Notes: generated from the sequence alone by a model not told the origin. 37,675 nucleotides of DNA from Fimbriimonadaceae bacterium (GCA_035545155.1 DASZYX010000022.1:1-37675), one strand, 5' to 3'. Positions 1 to 8,657 are shown, numbered from the stretch's first letter. Translations and numbers: made by a program.

Positions 1-27
1 TCCGCTTCGCTCAGGGAATAACCCTTT

Positions 28-418
28 CCTCCTCCGGCACAAACCATCCGGCAAGAGGAAGGGGCTTTCTCTCTCCCCCTCCTCTTGCGCCGATGATTGT
101 GCGGCGGAGGAGGAGGGGGATAAAGGGGGTAGAGGTTCCGGAAACTCGTAGTCGAGGCCCGATTGTAGGTTCCCGGAACCTCCATCCCCCCACCCCTTGC
201 CTCCTCCCGGCACAAACCATCCGGCAAGAGGAAGGGGCTTTCTCTCTCCCCCTCCTCTTGCGCCGATGATTGTGCGGCGGAGGAGGAGGGGGATAAAAGG
301 GGGTGGAGGTTCCGGAAACTTGCAGTTGGGACTCGATTGTAGGTTCCCGGAACCTCTATCCCCAACCCCTTGCCTCCTCCCGGCACAAACCATCCGGCAA
401 GAGGAAGGGGCTTCTAAT
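28..418. repeat. Tandem direct repeat with a 172-173 bp unit, about 2.3 copies (28-199, 200-372, partial 373-~418). Each unit carries internal inverted repeats (ggttccggaaac / ggttcccggaacc; ccctcctc...gaggaggg).
   Basis: The string 'cctcctcc(c)ggcacaaaccatccggcaagaggaaggggctttctctctcc...' recurs at 28, 200 and 373 with only a few mismatches. The window starts at 1, so the array may extend further upstream. Confidence 0.9.
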
Positions 419-471
419 CCTCTAGTCCTCCAATCCTCCCTCCACGCGGTACACTTCGGCAACCAGTCCCG

Positions 472-2307
472 ATGCGTCGGGACGCAACGATTTTTATGGC
501 CAGAACACAAACCCCTCGTCGGGGACGTGGGCGAACGAAGACCGCTACAAAAACTAAAGAGAGTCCAAACGGATCGTCCCGGTCGACCCCGACAACCGAA
601 ATCATCGTCAACGTCTCGAATCGAGAGACCAGGATCGCCTTGCTCGAAAACGGGCAGCTCATGGAGTACCGCGTCGAGCGGGAAGAGCGCGTCGTCGGCT
701 CCATCTTCAAGGGCATCGTTCAGAACGTGCTGCCTGGCATGGACGCCGCCTTCGTCGATATCGGCCTGGAACGCAACGCCTTCCTCCATGTCGGCGACAT
801 CCTGCCCGACGAGCCAACCGACAATTCCCCGGCGAGCATGAAGCGGAGCGAGCTTCGCCGCCGCAAGATCAAGGATTTGTTAAAACCGGGCCAGCAGCTC
901 ATGGTCCAGGTCACGAAGGGCTCGCGCGGCACCAAAGGCGCTCGTGTCACCACCCGCATCGCCCTGCCCGGCCGCTACGTCGTCCTGATGCCGGAGGCGA
1001 ACAACGTCGGCGTCAGCCGCAAGATCGAGGAGCGGGCCGAGCGAGAGCGGCTCCGCAAGATCGGCGACAAGATCGCCCCCGACGGCTTCGGCCTTATCCT
1101 CCGCACCGAATGCGAAGGCCGCACGGAAGCCGAGCTGAGGGCCGACGTCCTCTTCCTCCAACAGCTTTGGAAGGACGTCCTCGGCAACGCGAAGAAAATG
1201 CGCGCGCCGGCCTGCGTCCATAAGGACCAGACCCTCCTTTTCCGCACCGTCCGCGACCTCTTCGGCGAAGAGATCGACCGCATGGTCATCGACGACCCGG
1301 ACGAATACGAGAAGGTTCACCTCGTTGCGAACATGGTCGCTCCCGCCTTGCGCGAAAAGATCACGCTTTACGACAAAGACACTCCGATCTTCGACAACTA
1401 CGGCATCGAGCGCGACCTGGAGCGGCTGCTCCAGCACAAGGTGCCAATGAAGTCGGGCGGCTCTCTCGTCGTTGACGAGATGGAAGCCCTGACCGCTATC
1501 GACGTCAACACCGGCAAGCAGGTGGGCACAACCCAGCTCAGCGACACCATCTTCAAGGCGAACATGGAAGCCGCCGACGAGGTCCTTCGCCAGCTCCGCC
1601 TGCGCGATATGGGCGGCATCATCGTCGTCGACTTCATCGACATGGAAGCGGCGGAAGATCGAAAGCGGGTGCTCGACCACTTCACGAAGGGCTTGGCCCG
1701 AGATCGAGCCCGGACTCGGGTCGGCAAGATTTCCTCGCTCGGCCTCGTCGAGCTCACCCGAAAGCGCACCGGCGAATCGGTGACGGAAGCCATCAGCGAA
1801 GTCTGCCCGATGTGCGGCGGCCAGGGCCGGATCTCCTCCAAGGAGACGGTTTCCCTTTGGATCGAGCGCGACATGTGGCGCAAGATCAACGAGCCGGGCA
1901 ACGCCTTCCTCGTCGAATGCCATCCCGCCGCAGTCGAGGCCCTCATCGGGCTCGACGGCGAGAACGTCGAGGAGTTGGAGCACCAGATGCGCCGCGGCAT
2001 CTACATCCGCGCGAACTTCGACATGGAGTACGAGGAGTACGAGATCACCTCTGGCGCGGTTGAGAACTTCGACCGGGAGTTCATGGGCTATCGCCGCGCT
2101 CAGGTCCTGGAGTGCAACGTCCGCCGCTCGGCGTTTGACAACACGAACCGGATCGTCGGCTGGACCGACTCCGGCTACTTCGTGGAGCTGATCGACGGCG
2201 CCGACTACGTCGGACATCGCGTGAAAGTCGTGCTGCAGGATATTCGGCGGTCCTACGCCGTCGGCGACGTGATCCTGCCCGGCGCGAGCGGACGGGGGAT
2301 GAGCTAG
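472..2307 (+). CDS. RNase E/G family ribonuclease (Rng/CafA-like catalytic domain) with an Arg-rich N-terminal extension and a C-terminal TRAM-like extension
   Basis: The N-terminus 'IIVNVSNRETRIALLENGQLMEYRVE' matches RNase G/E, and there is an S1 region. The zinc-link motif 'CPMCGGQG' is present. The true start is probably downstream of 472 (the ORF includes an RGR-rich leader). Confidence 0.8.
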   Translation: MRRDATIFMARTQTPRRGRGRTKTATKTKESPNGSSRSTPTTEIIVNVSNRETRIALLENGQLMEYRVEREERVVGSIFKGIVQNVLPGMDAAFVDIGLERNAFLHVGDILPDEPTDNSPASMKRSELRRRKIKDLLKPGQQLMVQVTKGSRGTKGARVTTRIALPGRYVVLMPEANNVGVSRKIEERAERERLRKIGDKIAPDGFGLILRTECEGRTEAELRADVLFLQQLWKDVLGNAKKMRAPACVHKDQTLLFRTVRDLFGEEIDRMVIDDPDEYEKVHLVANMVAPALREKITLYDKDTPIFDNYGIERDLERLLQHKVPMKSGGSLVVDEMEALTAIDVNTGKQVGTTQLSDTIFKANMEAADEVLRQLRLRDMGGIIVVDFIDMEAAEDRKRVLDHFTKGLARDRARTRVGKISSLGLVELTRKRTGESVTEAISEVCPMCGGQGRISSKETVSLWIERDMWRKINEPGNAFLVECHPAAVEALIGLDGENVEELEHQMRRGIYIRANFDMEYEEYEITSGAVENFDREFMGYRRAQVLECNVRRSAFDNTNRIVGWTDSGYFVELIDGADYVGHRVKVVLQDIRRSYAVGDVILPGASGRGMS

Positions 2308-2310
2308 CGG

Positions 2311-5001
2311 CTATTTGCCGAATTTGCGCTTCCACTCGTCGAGGAGCTTGAGCGCCTCCAGCGGCGTGAGGTGGTTGACGTCGAGCTCTTGGAGCTCCTT
2401 CACGACCGGCGGTTCTTCGAACTCGAAGAGGGTCATCTGAAGCTTCTGGGTCTGGGCGGGGATCGCTTTCGGGGCCTGGTCCTTTTCCTCAAGCTCCCGC
2501 AGGATTTCCCGCGCCCTTGAGAGAACCGCGCCGGGAATGCCCGCCATTCGGGCGACGTGAATGCCGTAAGAGCGGTCCGTCCCGCCGGGGAGCACCTTGT
2601 GGGTCCAGACGATTTCGTCGCCGAATTCTTCGACGGCGACCCGGAAGTTGGCGATACCGGGTATCTGGTCGGCGAGGGCGTTGAGCTGGTGATAATGGGT
2701 CGCAAACATCGTCTTCGCCCCGATCGCGGCGAGATGCTCGACCATCGCCCAGGCGATCGCGAGGCCGTCGTAGGTCGAGGTGCCTCGCCCGACCTCGTCG
2801 AGGATGACGAGAGAGCGATGCGTCGCATGGTTGAGGATGTTCGCGCTCTCCACCATCTCGACCATGAACGTGCTCTGGCCGAGGGCCAATTCGTCCTTCG
2901 CCCCGATCCGGGCGAAGATGCGATCGCACAACCCGACCCGGCAAGATTTGGCGGGCACAAACGCCCCGATCTGGGCGAGAAGGACGATCAGCGCGTTTTG
3001 GCGCAGGTAAGTCGACTTGCCGGCCATGTTGGGCCCAGTGAGGATGAGGAGCCTTTGGGGGGACGAGGGGGGGAGGGGGTGATTGGGGTGAGGGGGTGAT
3101 TGGGGTGACAGGGGTGATTGAGGTGACAGGGGTGATTCCCTCCAATCATCTCCATCACCCCCATCACCCCTATCACCCCAATCATCCCTATCGCTCCCCA
3201 CTCTCGTGTCGTTCGGAACGAAGCCGCTCGTACTTGCCTCGACGACGGGATGGCGGCCGGCGGCGATCTCCAGGACGTCCGCCTCTGCGATTTCCGGCTT
3301 GACATAGCCGCGCCGCGCGGCGACTTCGGCGAGGGCCGAGAGGACGTCAAGCTCGGCCAGGGCGCGGGCGGTTTGGAGGAGGGCCCGCGCATCGTCCGCG
3401 ACGCGAACCCGTACGCGTGAGAAGAGATCGGCCTCCAGGGCCACCGCCTTTTCCTCGGCTCCCAGCACGAGAGACTCGTGCTCCTTTAGCTCGGCCGTGA
3501 TGTAGCGTTCGCCGTTTGCGGTCGTCTGCTTGCGGATGTAGTCGGCCGGCACCCGCTCGATCTGCGACTTCGAGATTTCCAGGAAGTAGCCGAAGACCGA
3601 GTTGAAGCCCACCTTCAAGTTTCCGATCCCGGTGCGTTCTCGCTCCTTTTGTTCCAGGCTGGCGATATAGCCCTTGCCGTTCTTCGAGAGATCGCGCAGC
3701 TTGTCCAGCTCCGGATCGTAGCCGGCTTTAATGACGCCGCCCTCGCGCAAAGTGTGAGGCGGATCGGTCACGATGGCGGCGTCGAGAAGGTGGGCGATCT
3801 CCGAGTGGTCGGCGATCTGCTCCCGCAATTCCTGAATCCGCCCGAGGCCGACCTTGCGAAGGGGATCGGCCAGCACCGGCAAGACCAAAAGCGAGGAGCG
3901 CAGCGCCGCCAGATCGCGGGGTCCGGCGAGGCCGGTCGCGGTCCGGGAGACCAGCCGCTCGAGATCGGAAAGGCGGGCAAGGGCGTCGCGCACGTCGCCC
4001 CGAACGATCTGATGGCCCAAAAAACGCTCGACCGCATCCTGCCGGGACCGGATCGCTGCGAGGTCCAGTAACGGCTGCTCGATCCACTTACGCATTAGCC
4101 GCGCCCCCATGCTCGTGACCGTCTCGTCGACGACCGAGAGCAGCGTGAACCGACGGGAGCCGTCCGACATGTTCTGCGTCAGCTCCAGGGAGCGCCGCGT
4201 CGCCGGATCGAGACGCATGAAGCCATCGACCGAATAGGAGGAGATGGAATCGACGTGGCTGAGGGGCAGGCGGTTCTTCTCTGCGTAGGCGAGGATCATC
4301 GAGGCCGCGATGACCGCGCTCGGCTTATCGTCCAAACCAAATCCGTTCAGGTTTGAGACCCCGAATTGGTCGATAAGCCGCCGCGATGCCCGCTCCGAGC
4401 TCGAAGGCTGCAATGCGGTGACGGCCGCGCCGAGCCCGCTCGCCGCAACCTCGCCGAAAGCCTCGGCGTTGGGGCCGACGAGGAGCTCGCTAGGGCGGAT
4501 TCGTCCGAGCTCCTGGATCAACTTCTCGTCGTATTCACCGTCGAGTTCGGTGACAACGAACTCGCCGGTGGAGGGATCGAGGGTCGCGAGCCCGGCCCGT
4601 CCCTCCTGCACGCAGATTGCGGCGAGGAAGTTGTTGGCGGCGTTGGGAAGCATCGAGTCTTCCATCACCGTGCCTGGCGTGAGGACTCGGGTGACGCCTC
4701 GCTTGACGAGCCCTTTCGCTTCCTTCGGGTTTTCGAGCTGGTCGCAGAGGGCGACCTTATGCCCCTTATGAAGCAGCCGCGCGAGGTACTTCTCGACCGA
4801 ATGGAACGGCACGCCCGCCATGGGAATCCGCGTGCCGCTATCGTCTCGCCCGGTTAGCGTGATCTCCAGCGCCGATGCCGCGCTCTCCGCATCCTCGCCG
4901 TAAAACTCATAGAAGTCGCCGACTCGCATGGCGAGCAGCACGCCCGGATGCTCTTCCTTGGCGCGGAAGTATTGCTGCATCATCGGCGAGCGGGCTCTCA
5001 C
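2311..5001 (-). CDS. mutS: DNA mismatch repair protein MutS
   Basis: The N-terminus is 'MMQQYFRAKEEHPGVLLAMRVGDFYEFYGEDA'. The Walker A motif is 'TGPNMAGKSTYLRQ', and 'DEVGRGTSTYDGLAIAWA' and 'FATHYHQL' are also present. It is convergent with the RNase gene with a 3 bp gap. Confidence 0.95.
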   Translation of the reverse strand: MRARSPMMQQYFRAKEEHPGVLLAMRVGDFYEFYGEDAESAASALEITLTGRDDSGTRIPMAGVPFHSVEKYLARLLHKGHKVALCDQLENPKEAKGLVKRGVTRVLTPGTVMEDSMLPNAANNFLAAICVQEGRAGLATLDPSTGEFVVTELDGEYDEKLIQELGRIRPSELLVGPNAEAFGEVAASGLGAAVTALQPSSSERASRRLIDQFGVSNLNGFGLDDKPSAVIAASMILAYAEKNRLPLSHVDSISSYSVDGFMRLDPATRRSLELTQNMSDGSRRFTLLSVVDETVTSMGARLMRKWIEQPLLDLAAIRSRQDAVERFLGHQIVRGDVRDALARLSDLERLVSRTATGLAGPRDLAALRSSLLVLPVLADPLRKVGLGRIQELREQIADHSEIAHLLDAAIVTDPPHTLREGGVIKAGYDPELDKLRDLSKNGKGYIASLEQKERERTGIGNLKVGFNSVFGYFLEISKSQIERVPADYIRKQTTANGERYITAELKEHESLVLGAEEKAVALEADLFSRVRVRVADDARALLQTARALAELDVLSALAEVAARRGYVKPEIAEADVLEIAAGRHPVVEASTSGFVPNDTRVGSDRDDWGDRGDGGDGDDWRESPLSPQSPLSPQSPPHPNHPLPPSSPQRLLILTGPNMAGKSTYLRQNALIVLLAQIGAFVPAKSCRVGLCDRIFARIGAKDELALGQSTFMVEMVESANILNHATHRSLVILDEVGRGTSTYDGLAIAWAMVEHLAAIGAKTMFATHYHQLNALADQIPGIANFRVAVEEFGDEIVWTHKVLPGGTDRSYGIHVARMAGIPGAVLSRAREILRELEEKDQAPKAIPAQTQKLQMTLFEFEEPPVVKELQELDVNHLTPLEALKLLDEWKRKFGK
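3057..3200. repeat. G-rich heptad (GGGGTGA-like) imperfect inverted repeat inside mutS. It encodes an in-frame low-complexity insert of about 45 aa, '...DRDDWGDRGDGGDGDDWRESPLSPQSPLSPQSPPHPNHPLPPSSPQ', just N-terminal of Walker A.
   Basis: One arm reads 'ggggtgattggggtgagggggtgattggggtgacaggggtgattgaggtgacaggggtgatt'. It is followed by the near-complement 'ccaatcatctccatcacccccatcacccctatcaccccaatcatccc'. There are at least 8 runs of four or more G. Confidence 0.85.
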
Positions 5002-5101
5002 GGAACCCTTAGTATCCCATCGTGACGGCTCGCTTCGCGAAAAATTGGGAAGCGCGGGCTCTTCGCCCGCGCCCCGTCTGCCGGCTTCAGCCGGGCCCGC
5101 C

Positions 5102-5530
5102 CTACGCTTCCAGGCGAGCGTCCATCGTGATCTCGGCGTTCAGCAGCCTCGAGATCGGGCATCCTTTCTTCGCCGCGTTCGCGGCTTCGGCGAACGCGTT
5201 CGCGTCGCCACCCGGGACGCGCACGGCGACGTCGAGATGGCTCTTCGTCACCGTAAAGCCGGCATCGGTCTTTTCGAGCGTCACCGTCGCCGTCGTGTCG
5301 ATGCTCTCGGCCGTCATGCCTCGCTCCCCGAGCTGAGCGCTGAGCGCCATGGAGAAGCAGGAGGCGTGGGCGGCCGCGATCAGCTCTTCCGGATTCGTGC
5401 CGGGATCGTCGCCAAATCGCATACCGAAGGAATAAGGCTGGCCGGCGATGGCCCCGCTGCCCGTCGAAATCGTTCCCTTGCCGTCCTTAAGGCCGCCGGA
5501 CCAGTGCGCCGATGATTGAATCTGCTTCAT
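5102..5530 (-). CDS. OsmC/Ohr family peroxiredoxin-like protein
   Basis: The protein is 142 aa. Two Cys-containing motifs, 'AHASCFSMAL' and 'KKGCPISR', are typical of OsmC. Confidence 0.8.
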   Translation of the reverse strand: MKQIQSSAHWSGGLKDGKGTISTGSGAIAGQPYSFGMRFGDDPGTNPEELIAAAHASCFSMALSAQLGERGMTAESIDTTATVTLEKTDAGFTVTKSHLDVAVRVPGGDANAFAEAANAAKKGCPISRLLNAEITMDARLEA

Positions 5531-5585
5531 CTCTCCCCCTCAAAATGGATTGAGGTTGAGCGTACCGCAACGCCCTAGACGCTAA

Positions 5586-5670
5586 CCCATCTGCGTCCAT
5601 CTGTGTTCATCTGCGTTAATCTGCGGTTCTAAACCTTAACCGCAGATGTGCGCAGATGAACGCAGATGGA
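5586..5670. repeat. 10-bp-phased array of four direct repeats (c/t)NATCTG(c/t)G, a 15 bp spacer, then three inverted copies CGCAGATGNN. Together they form a long imperfect hairpin.
   Basis: The sequence is 'cccatctgcg tccatctgtg ttcatctgcg ttaatctgcg g ... cgcagatgtg cgcagatgaa cgcagatgga'. It lies between the ctp stop (5676) and the osmC start (5530). A related single copy, 'ccgcagatgaacg', is at 7692-7704. Confidence 0.85.
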
Positions 5671-5675
5671 TTCTG

Positions 5676-6995
5676 TTAGGCGGCTCTTTTCTCCCGGTGC
5701 CCGGTCGGGGCCGAGGCGGAGTTTGCGTGCTCGGAGGCTTTCTTCTTCATCAGCTCGATCGCCTTTGCGACGGCGTCGTCCTTCGCATCCACGACGAGGT
5801 CCGGTTCGCGCGGATGCCCCTCCAGGCGCTCGCCCTTGATCGTCACGTAATCCTGCACCGGATACTGCAGCTCGAAGCCGTCCGGCAGCGAGCCGTAGGT
5901 CGAGGCAAGAACCGCGCCGAGGGATTTCGAGCCGACGAGGACGGCGTCGTGGCACTCCTTCAAAGCGGCGCTGCAGATCTCCGAAGCGCTCGCCGAACCC
6001 CGGTTGATGAGGACGGCGATCTTTCCGGAGAAGGGCTCGACGCCGTCGCGCTGGCGAGTCTTGAACTTGCGCTCTGCCCAGGCTGCGATCACCAGAGGAT
6101 CGGTAAGCCCCTCGGTGTGGTTGCGGGCATAGTCGTCCGCCACCGTTCGCGAGACGAAAGTGCCCACCGGAGTGCCGGTTGGAAGAAACATGCTCAGAAA
6201 GTGGTTCAGGTTGCTGATAAGCCCGCCGCCGTTGCCGCGAAGATCGATCACGAGATACTTCGCCTTGGCGTCGACCTGCTGGATCAAGGTCTCGATGTTC
6301 TTGGAGTCGTAACCCCTCGCGAAGGTCGGTAGCCGCAGGACGGCGGCATCGTCCCCAATCCAGGTCAAGGTTTCCGGATAGCGGGTCGAGAACTTCTTGT
6401 TTTCGAGCGTCAGCTCCTTCGTATCGCCACCCTTTTTCGCGATCTTAAGGGAGAGAGTCTTGCCGACGTCGACTCGGAGCTGCGCGGGATCGTCGGCCGG
6501 CTTGCCCTCGACCTCCTTGACCACGTCTCCGGGCTCGATCCCCGCTTGGCCGGCCGGGCTCTCCGGAAAGACCCGAGTGACTTCGAGGCCGCCGTCCACC
6601 TTGCGGATCTGGAAGCCGAGACCGCTGGTCGTTCCGGTCGTCCGCATCTCGGTGGCTCGCGGCGTGTGGAGGCTGATGTGGCTCACGCCGAACTGCCGTA
6701 GAACCTTGTTGACCTCGCGTGCGAACGTGTTCTCGTTGTCGGCCTTGTCGATGTCGGAACGATGGGTGTCCAGGAACGTCGGCCACTTCGAGAAGTCCAC
6801 GCCCGGCACGAAGGCTTTGCTCGTGACGATGCCTTGCAGCTTTTCGAGGATGTCCTGCTTCGTCTTTGCGTCGAAGGTCGAAGCCGCCGGCGTCGCGGGG
6901 GGCGACGTCGGCGGCGGGTTCTGCTGCGCGATGCTGAAAACGGCCATCGCGGCAAGGCTCAGGAAAGCCAGGAATCGCGGCGCGAAACGAGACAT
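5676..6995 (-). CDS. S41 family C-terminal processing peptidase (Ctp/Prc-like) with a PDZ domain, secreted
   Basis: The signal peptide is 'MSRFAPRFLAFLSLAAMAVFSIAQQ'. The PDZ region is 'GIEPGDVVKEVEGK'. The catalytic region 'VIDLRGNGGGLISN' and 'IAVLINRGSASASE' is present. The start is placed at the internal ATG at 6995. Confidence 0.85.
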   Translation of the reverse strand: MSRFAPRFLAFLSLAAMAVFSIAQQNPPPTSPPATPAASTFDAKTKQDILEKLQGIVTSKAFVPGVDFSKWPTFLDTHRSDIDKADNENTFAREVNKVLRQFGVSHISLHTPRATEMRTTGTTSGLGFQIRKVDGGLEVTRVFPESPAGQAGIEPGDVVKEVEGKPADDPAQLRVDVGKTLSLKIAKKGGDTKELTLENKKFSTRYPETLTWIGDDAAVLRLPTFARGYDSKNIETLIQQVDAKAKYLVIDLRGNGGGLISNLNHFLSMFLPTGTPVGTFVSRTVADDYARNHTEGLTDPLVIAAWAERKFKTRQRDGVEPFSGKIAVLINRGSASASEICSAALKECHDAVLVGSKSLGAVLASTYGSLPDGFELQYPVQDYVTIKGERLEGHPREPDLVVDAKDDAVAKAIELMKKKASEHANSASAPTGHREKRAA

Positions 6996-7081
6996 ATGTC
7001 TAAGATACAAAACCTTTTCTTCCGTTAATTCCTTTTTCACGGCGGTCTCCGTAATCTGGGCTCGAATGGGACGTCCGACAG

Positions 7082-7675
7082 GTGATGATTTGCCTCCTCA
7101 TCGGAACGGCCCTGTCCGCCCAGAAGCCGGTCGATGCGCAGTTCTTCAAGCGTCTCCTTCAGTGGCGTACTCAGTTCGAACGGGTCCTCGAGCAGCCGGA
7201 CGACGACGATATCGGTTATACGTCGGTCTATTCCGAGATGCTGGGAGGCGCCCACGGCGACGCCCTCTATCCGCTCGGCTCCGCCTTCGAACGGTACGTC
7301 CTGTCCTACGACGAGGGAAACGGCGGAAGCCTCATCTATGAGCGGAGGCATGGCAAGAAGGCGACCGTCGACTGGTACATCCCCTTCGTGGCGAAGGCGC
7401 ACATCGGCGCGGTGCACGGGACGATCGAGAAGTATCTGAAAGCGGACGGCTTCGTCCTCGCCCCAAGGAAGCCCGTCTCGGCGCGCATCCGGAAGCAGCT
7501 TTGGAAGGATGGCTACTTCGCGAGCTACAGCTACCATCCGATGATGGGCGGCTACGCGAACGTCGTCCAGCCGGACGGCGAATGCACGGCGACGGTGAAA
7601 CATCCCAACGTCTTCATCATCACGCCCGACGAGAAGCGCCTGCTGCTCAAGCAGCGCCCACCGGCGAAGCGGTAG
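7082..7675 (+). CDS. Hypothetical secreted protein (197 aa)
   Basis: The ORF is intact with a hydrophobic N-terminus. I recognise no motif. Confidence 0.45.
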   Translation: MMICLLIGTALSAQKPVDAQFFKRLLQWRTQFERVLEQPDDDDIGYTSVYSEMLGGAHGDALYPLGSAFERYVLSYDEGNGGSLIYERRHGKKATVDWYIPFVAKAHIGAVHGTIEKYLKADGFVLAPRKPVSARIRKQLWKDGYFASYSYHPMMGGYANVVQPDGECTATVKHPNVFIITPDEKRLLLKQRPPAKR

Positions 7676-7769
7676 ACACCTTCTGCTGGATCCGCAGATG
7701 AACGAAAGGGGAAGGAGGCCGGAAGCGGTAAAATGACTTGCCTCCGGCTGCCAGTCGGCAGCCAACCGC

Positions 7770-7845
7770 GGCCTCGTAGCTCAGAGGATAGAGCGCCTCC
7801 GTCCTAAGGAGGGCGTCGGGGGTTCGAGTCCCTCCGAGGCCGCCA
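7770..7845 (+). tRNA. tRNA-Arg (anticodon CCT), 76 nt, CCA encoded
   Basis: The cloverleaf fits as acceptor GGCCTCG/CGAGGCC, D-arm GCTC-AGAGGATA-GAGC, anticodon arm CCTCC-GTCCTAA-GGAGG and T-arm GGGGG-TTCGAGT-CCCTC. The discriminator is G, followed by CCA. Confidence 0.85.
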
Positions 7846-7972
7846 CGAAATTGAACCTAAATCTGCGTTGAAGCGCTGTTTTCTTAGGCAAACATTAGGC
7901 GAACCGCCGACTTCCTCCTGCTCGGAGATGTTTGGGCAATGCGACTTGTTGTGGATTGGCCACTCCCTTGCC

Positions 7973-8545
7973 CTAGACAGCCACCAAGCGTCCGCCTTCA
8001 GTTTCCCAACGCTCAATCGCCAATCGCTCCGCCCGATCCCGACTGCTATCAGACAAATGACCTGCTTTGCGTCTCCTCACAAGCTCGCCGCGACGGGGAC
8101 TCCATGGCGAGTTGGATCGCCGATCTTCCACGAGACGGGTTTGGTCGGAAAGCTCCTCCAATTGCCGAGTCGTCGCTGTTCGCTGGATCTCGGGAAAGAG
8201 AACTCGCTCCTCCCAGCGGATGTGAATCGCCAGAAGCTCACCTGCGCGGCCCATTAGGTCCGGATCACCCCGACGGTCAACTAAGTAATCAACGATCGCT
8301 GAGAATTCGCGATGATCCTCTACCAGTCTGTGGCGCAGTTCCGCACTGGGAATGAGACTTAACAGGAGCCTCTCCTCCTCCATGAAGTGGTCGGCCAGTT
8401 CGTCAGACCAATACTGGAGCAACTCGCCCACCGCTGCCTGCCTGCCTCCCTCATCGAGCGAGGAGGCTTGCACAAGCCTCCGGCCAAAGATCAGGCCAAC
8501 GTTGTGATCCCTAGAGAAGGCTTCGAGGCTCGGGTGGCGCTTCAT
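7973..8545 (-). CDS. Hemerythrin-like (HHE cation-binding) domain protein
   Basis: H-x3-E motifs 'ADHFMEEERLL' and 'HIRWEERVLFPE' are present. It is the first gene after the tRNA. Confidence 0.6.
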   Translation of the reverse strand: MKRHPSLEAFSRDHNVGLIFGRRLVQASSLDEGGRQAAVGELLQYWSDELADHFMEEERLLLSLIPSAELRHRLVEDHREFSAIVDYLVDRRGDPDLMGRAGELLAIHIRWEERVLFPEIQRTATTRQLEELSDQTRLVEDRRSNSPWSPRRGELVRRRKAGHLSDSSRDRAERLAIERWETEGGRLVAV

Positions 8546-8657
8546 GCCCGTATTCCCTTGGCGAGCGCCGTAGGGGCACTGCCGCCCACAAGTATACCGC
8601 CTAAAAGATGTATTGATGAATCATGTTTAAGGTAGCCTGGTCGCTAGGGAGAATTAG

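Noticed and set aside
28-418. Possible CRISPR array at the window start
   Set aside because: The period is about 173 bp with no unique spacers between conserved short repeats. The units are near-identical throughout. No cas genes are present.
197-841. 214-aa ORF (and the 11-220 minus-strand ORF) spanning the 173-bp tandem repeats
   Set aside because: They translate repeat DNA into Pro/Arg-rich low-complexity sequence. They overlap the real RNase gene start. The repeat periodicity rather than coding constraint explains the sequence.
880-2217. 445-aa ORF antisense to the RNase E/G gene. Similar long antisense ORFs include 15414-17009 (+), 15748-16932 (-), 21080-22219 (-), 22174-23433 (+), 26749-28818 (-), 29224-31686 (+) and 12775-13899 (-).
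   Set aside because: They lie opposite genes with clear family signatures and have Arg/Ala/Gly/Pro-rich, low-complexity translations, as expected from absent stop codons in about 65% GC DNA. I recognise no motifs in them.
3057-3200. mutS as a pseudogene interrupted by a repeat insertion
   Set aside because: The reading frame is continuous through the insert, and all MutS signature motifs on both sides are intact. I call it an in-frame insertion rather than a disruption.
7846-7972. Integrase or excisionase gene fragment expected next to the tRNA
   Set aside because: No ORF or recognisable recombinase motif exists in any frame between the tRNA and the hemerythrin gene. The islet appears integrase-less.
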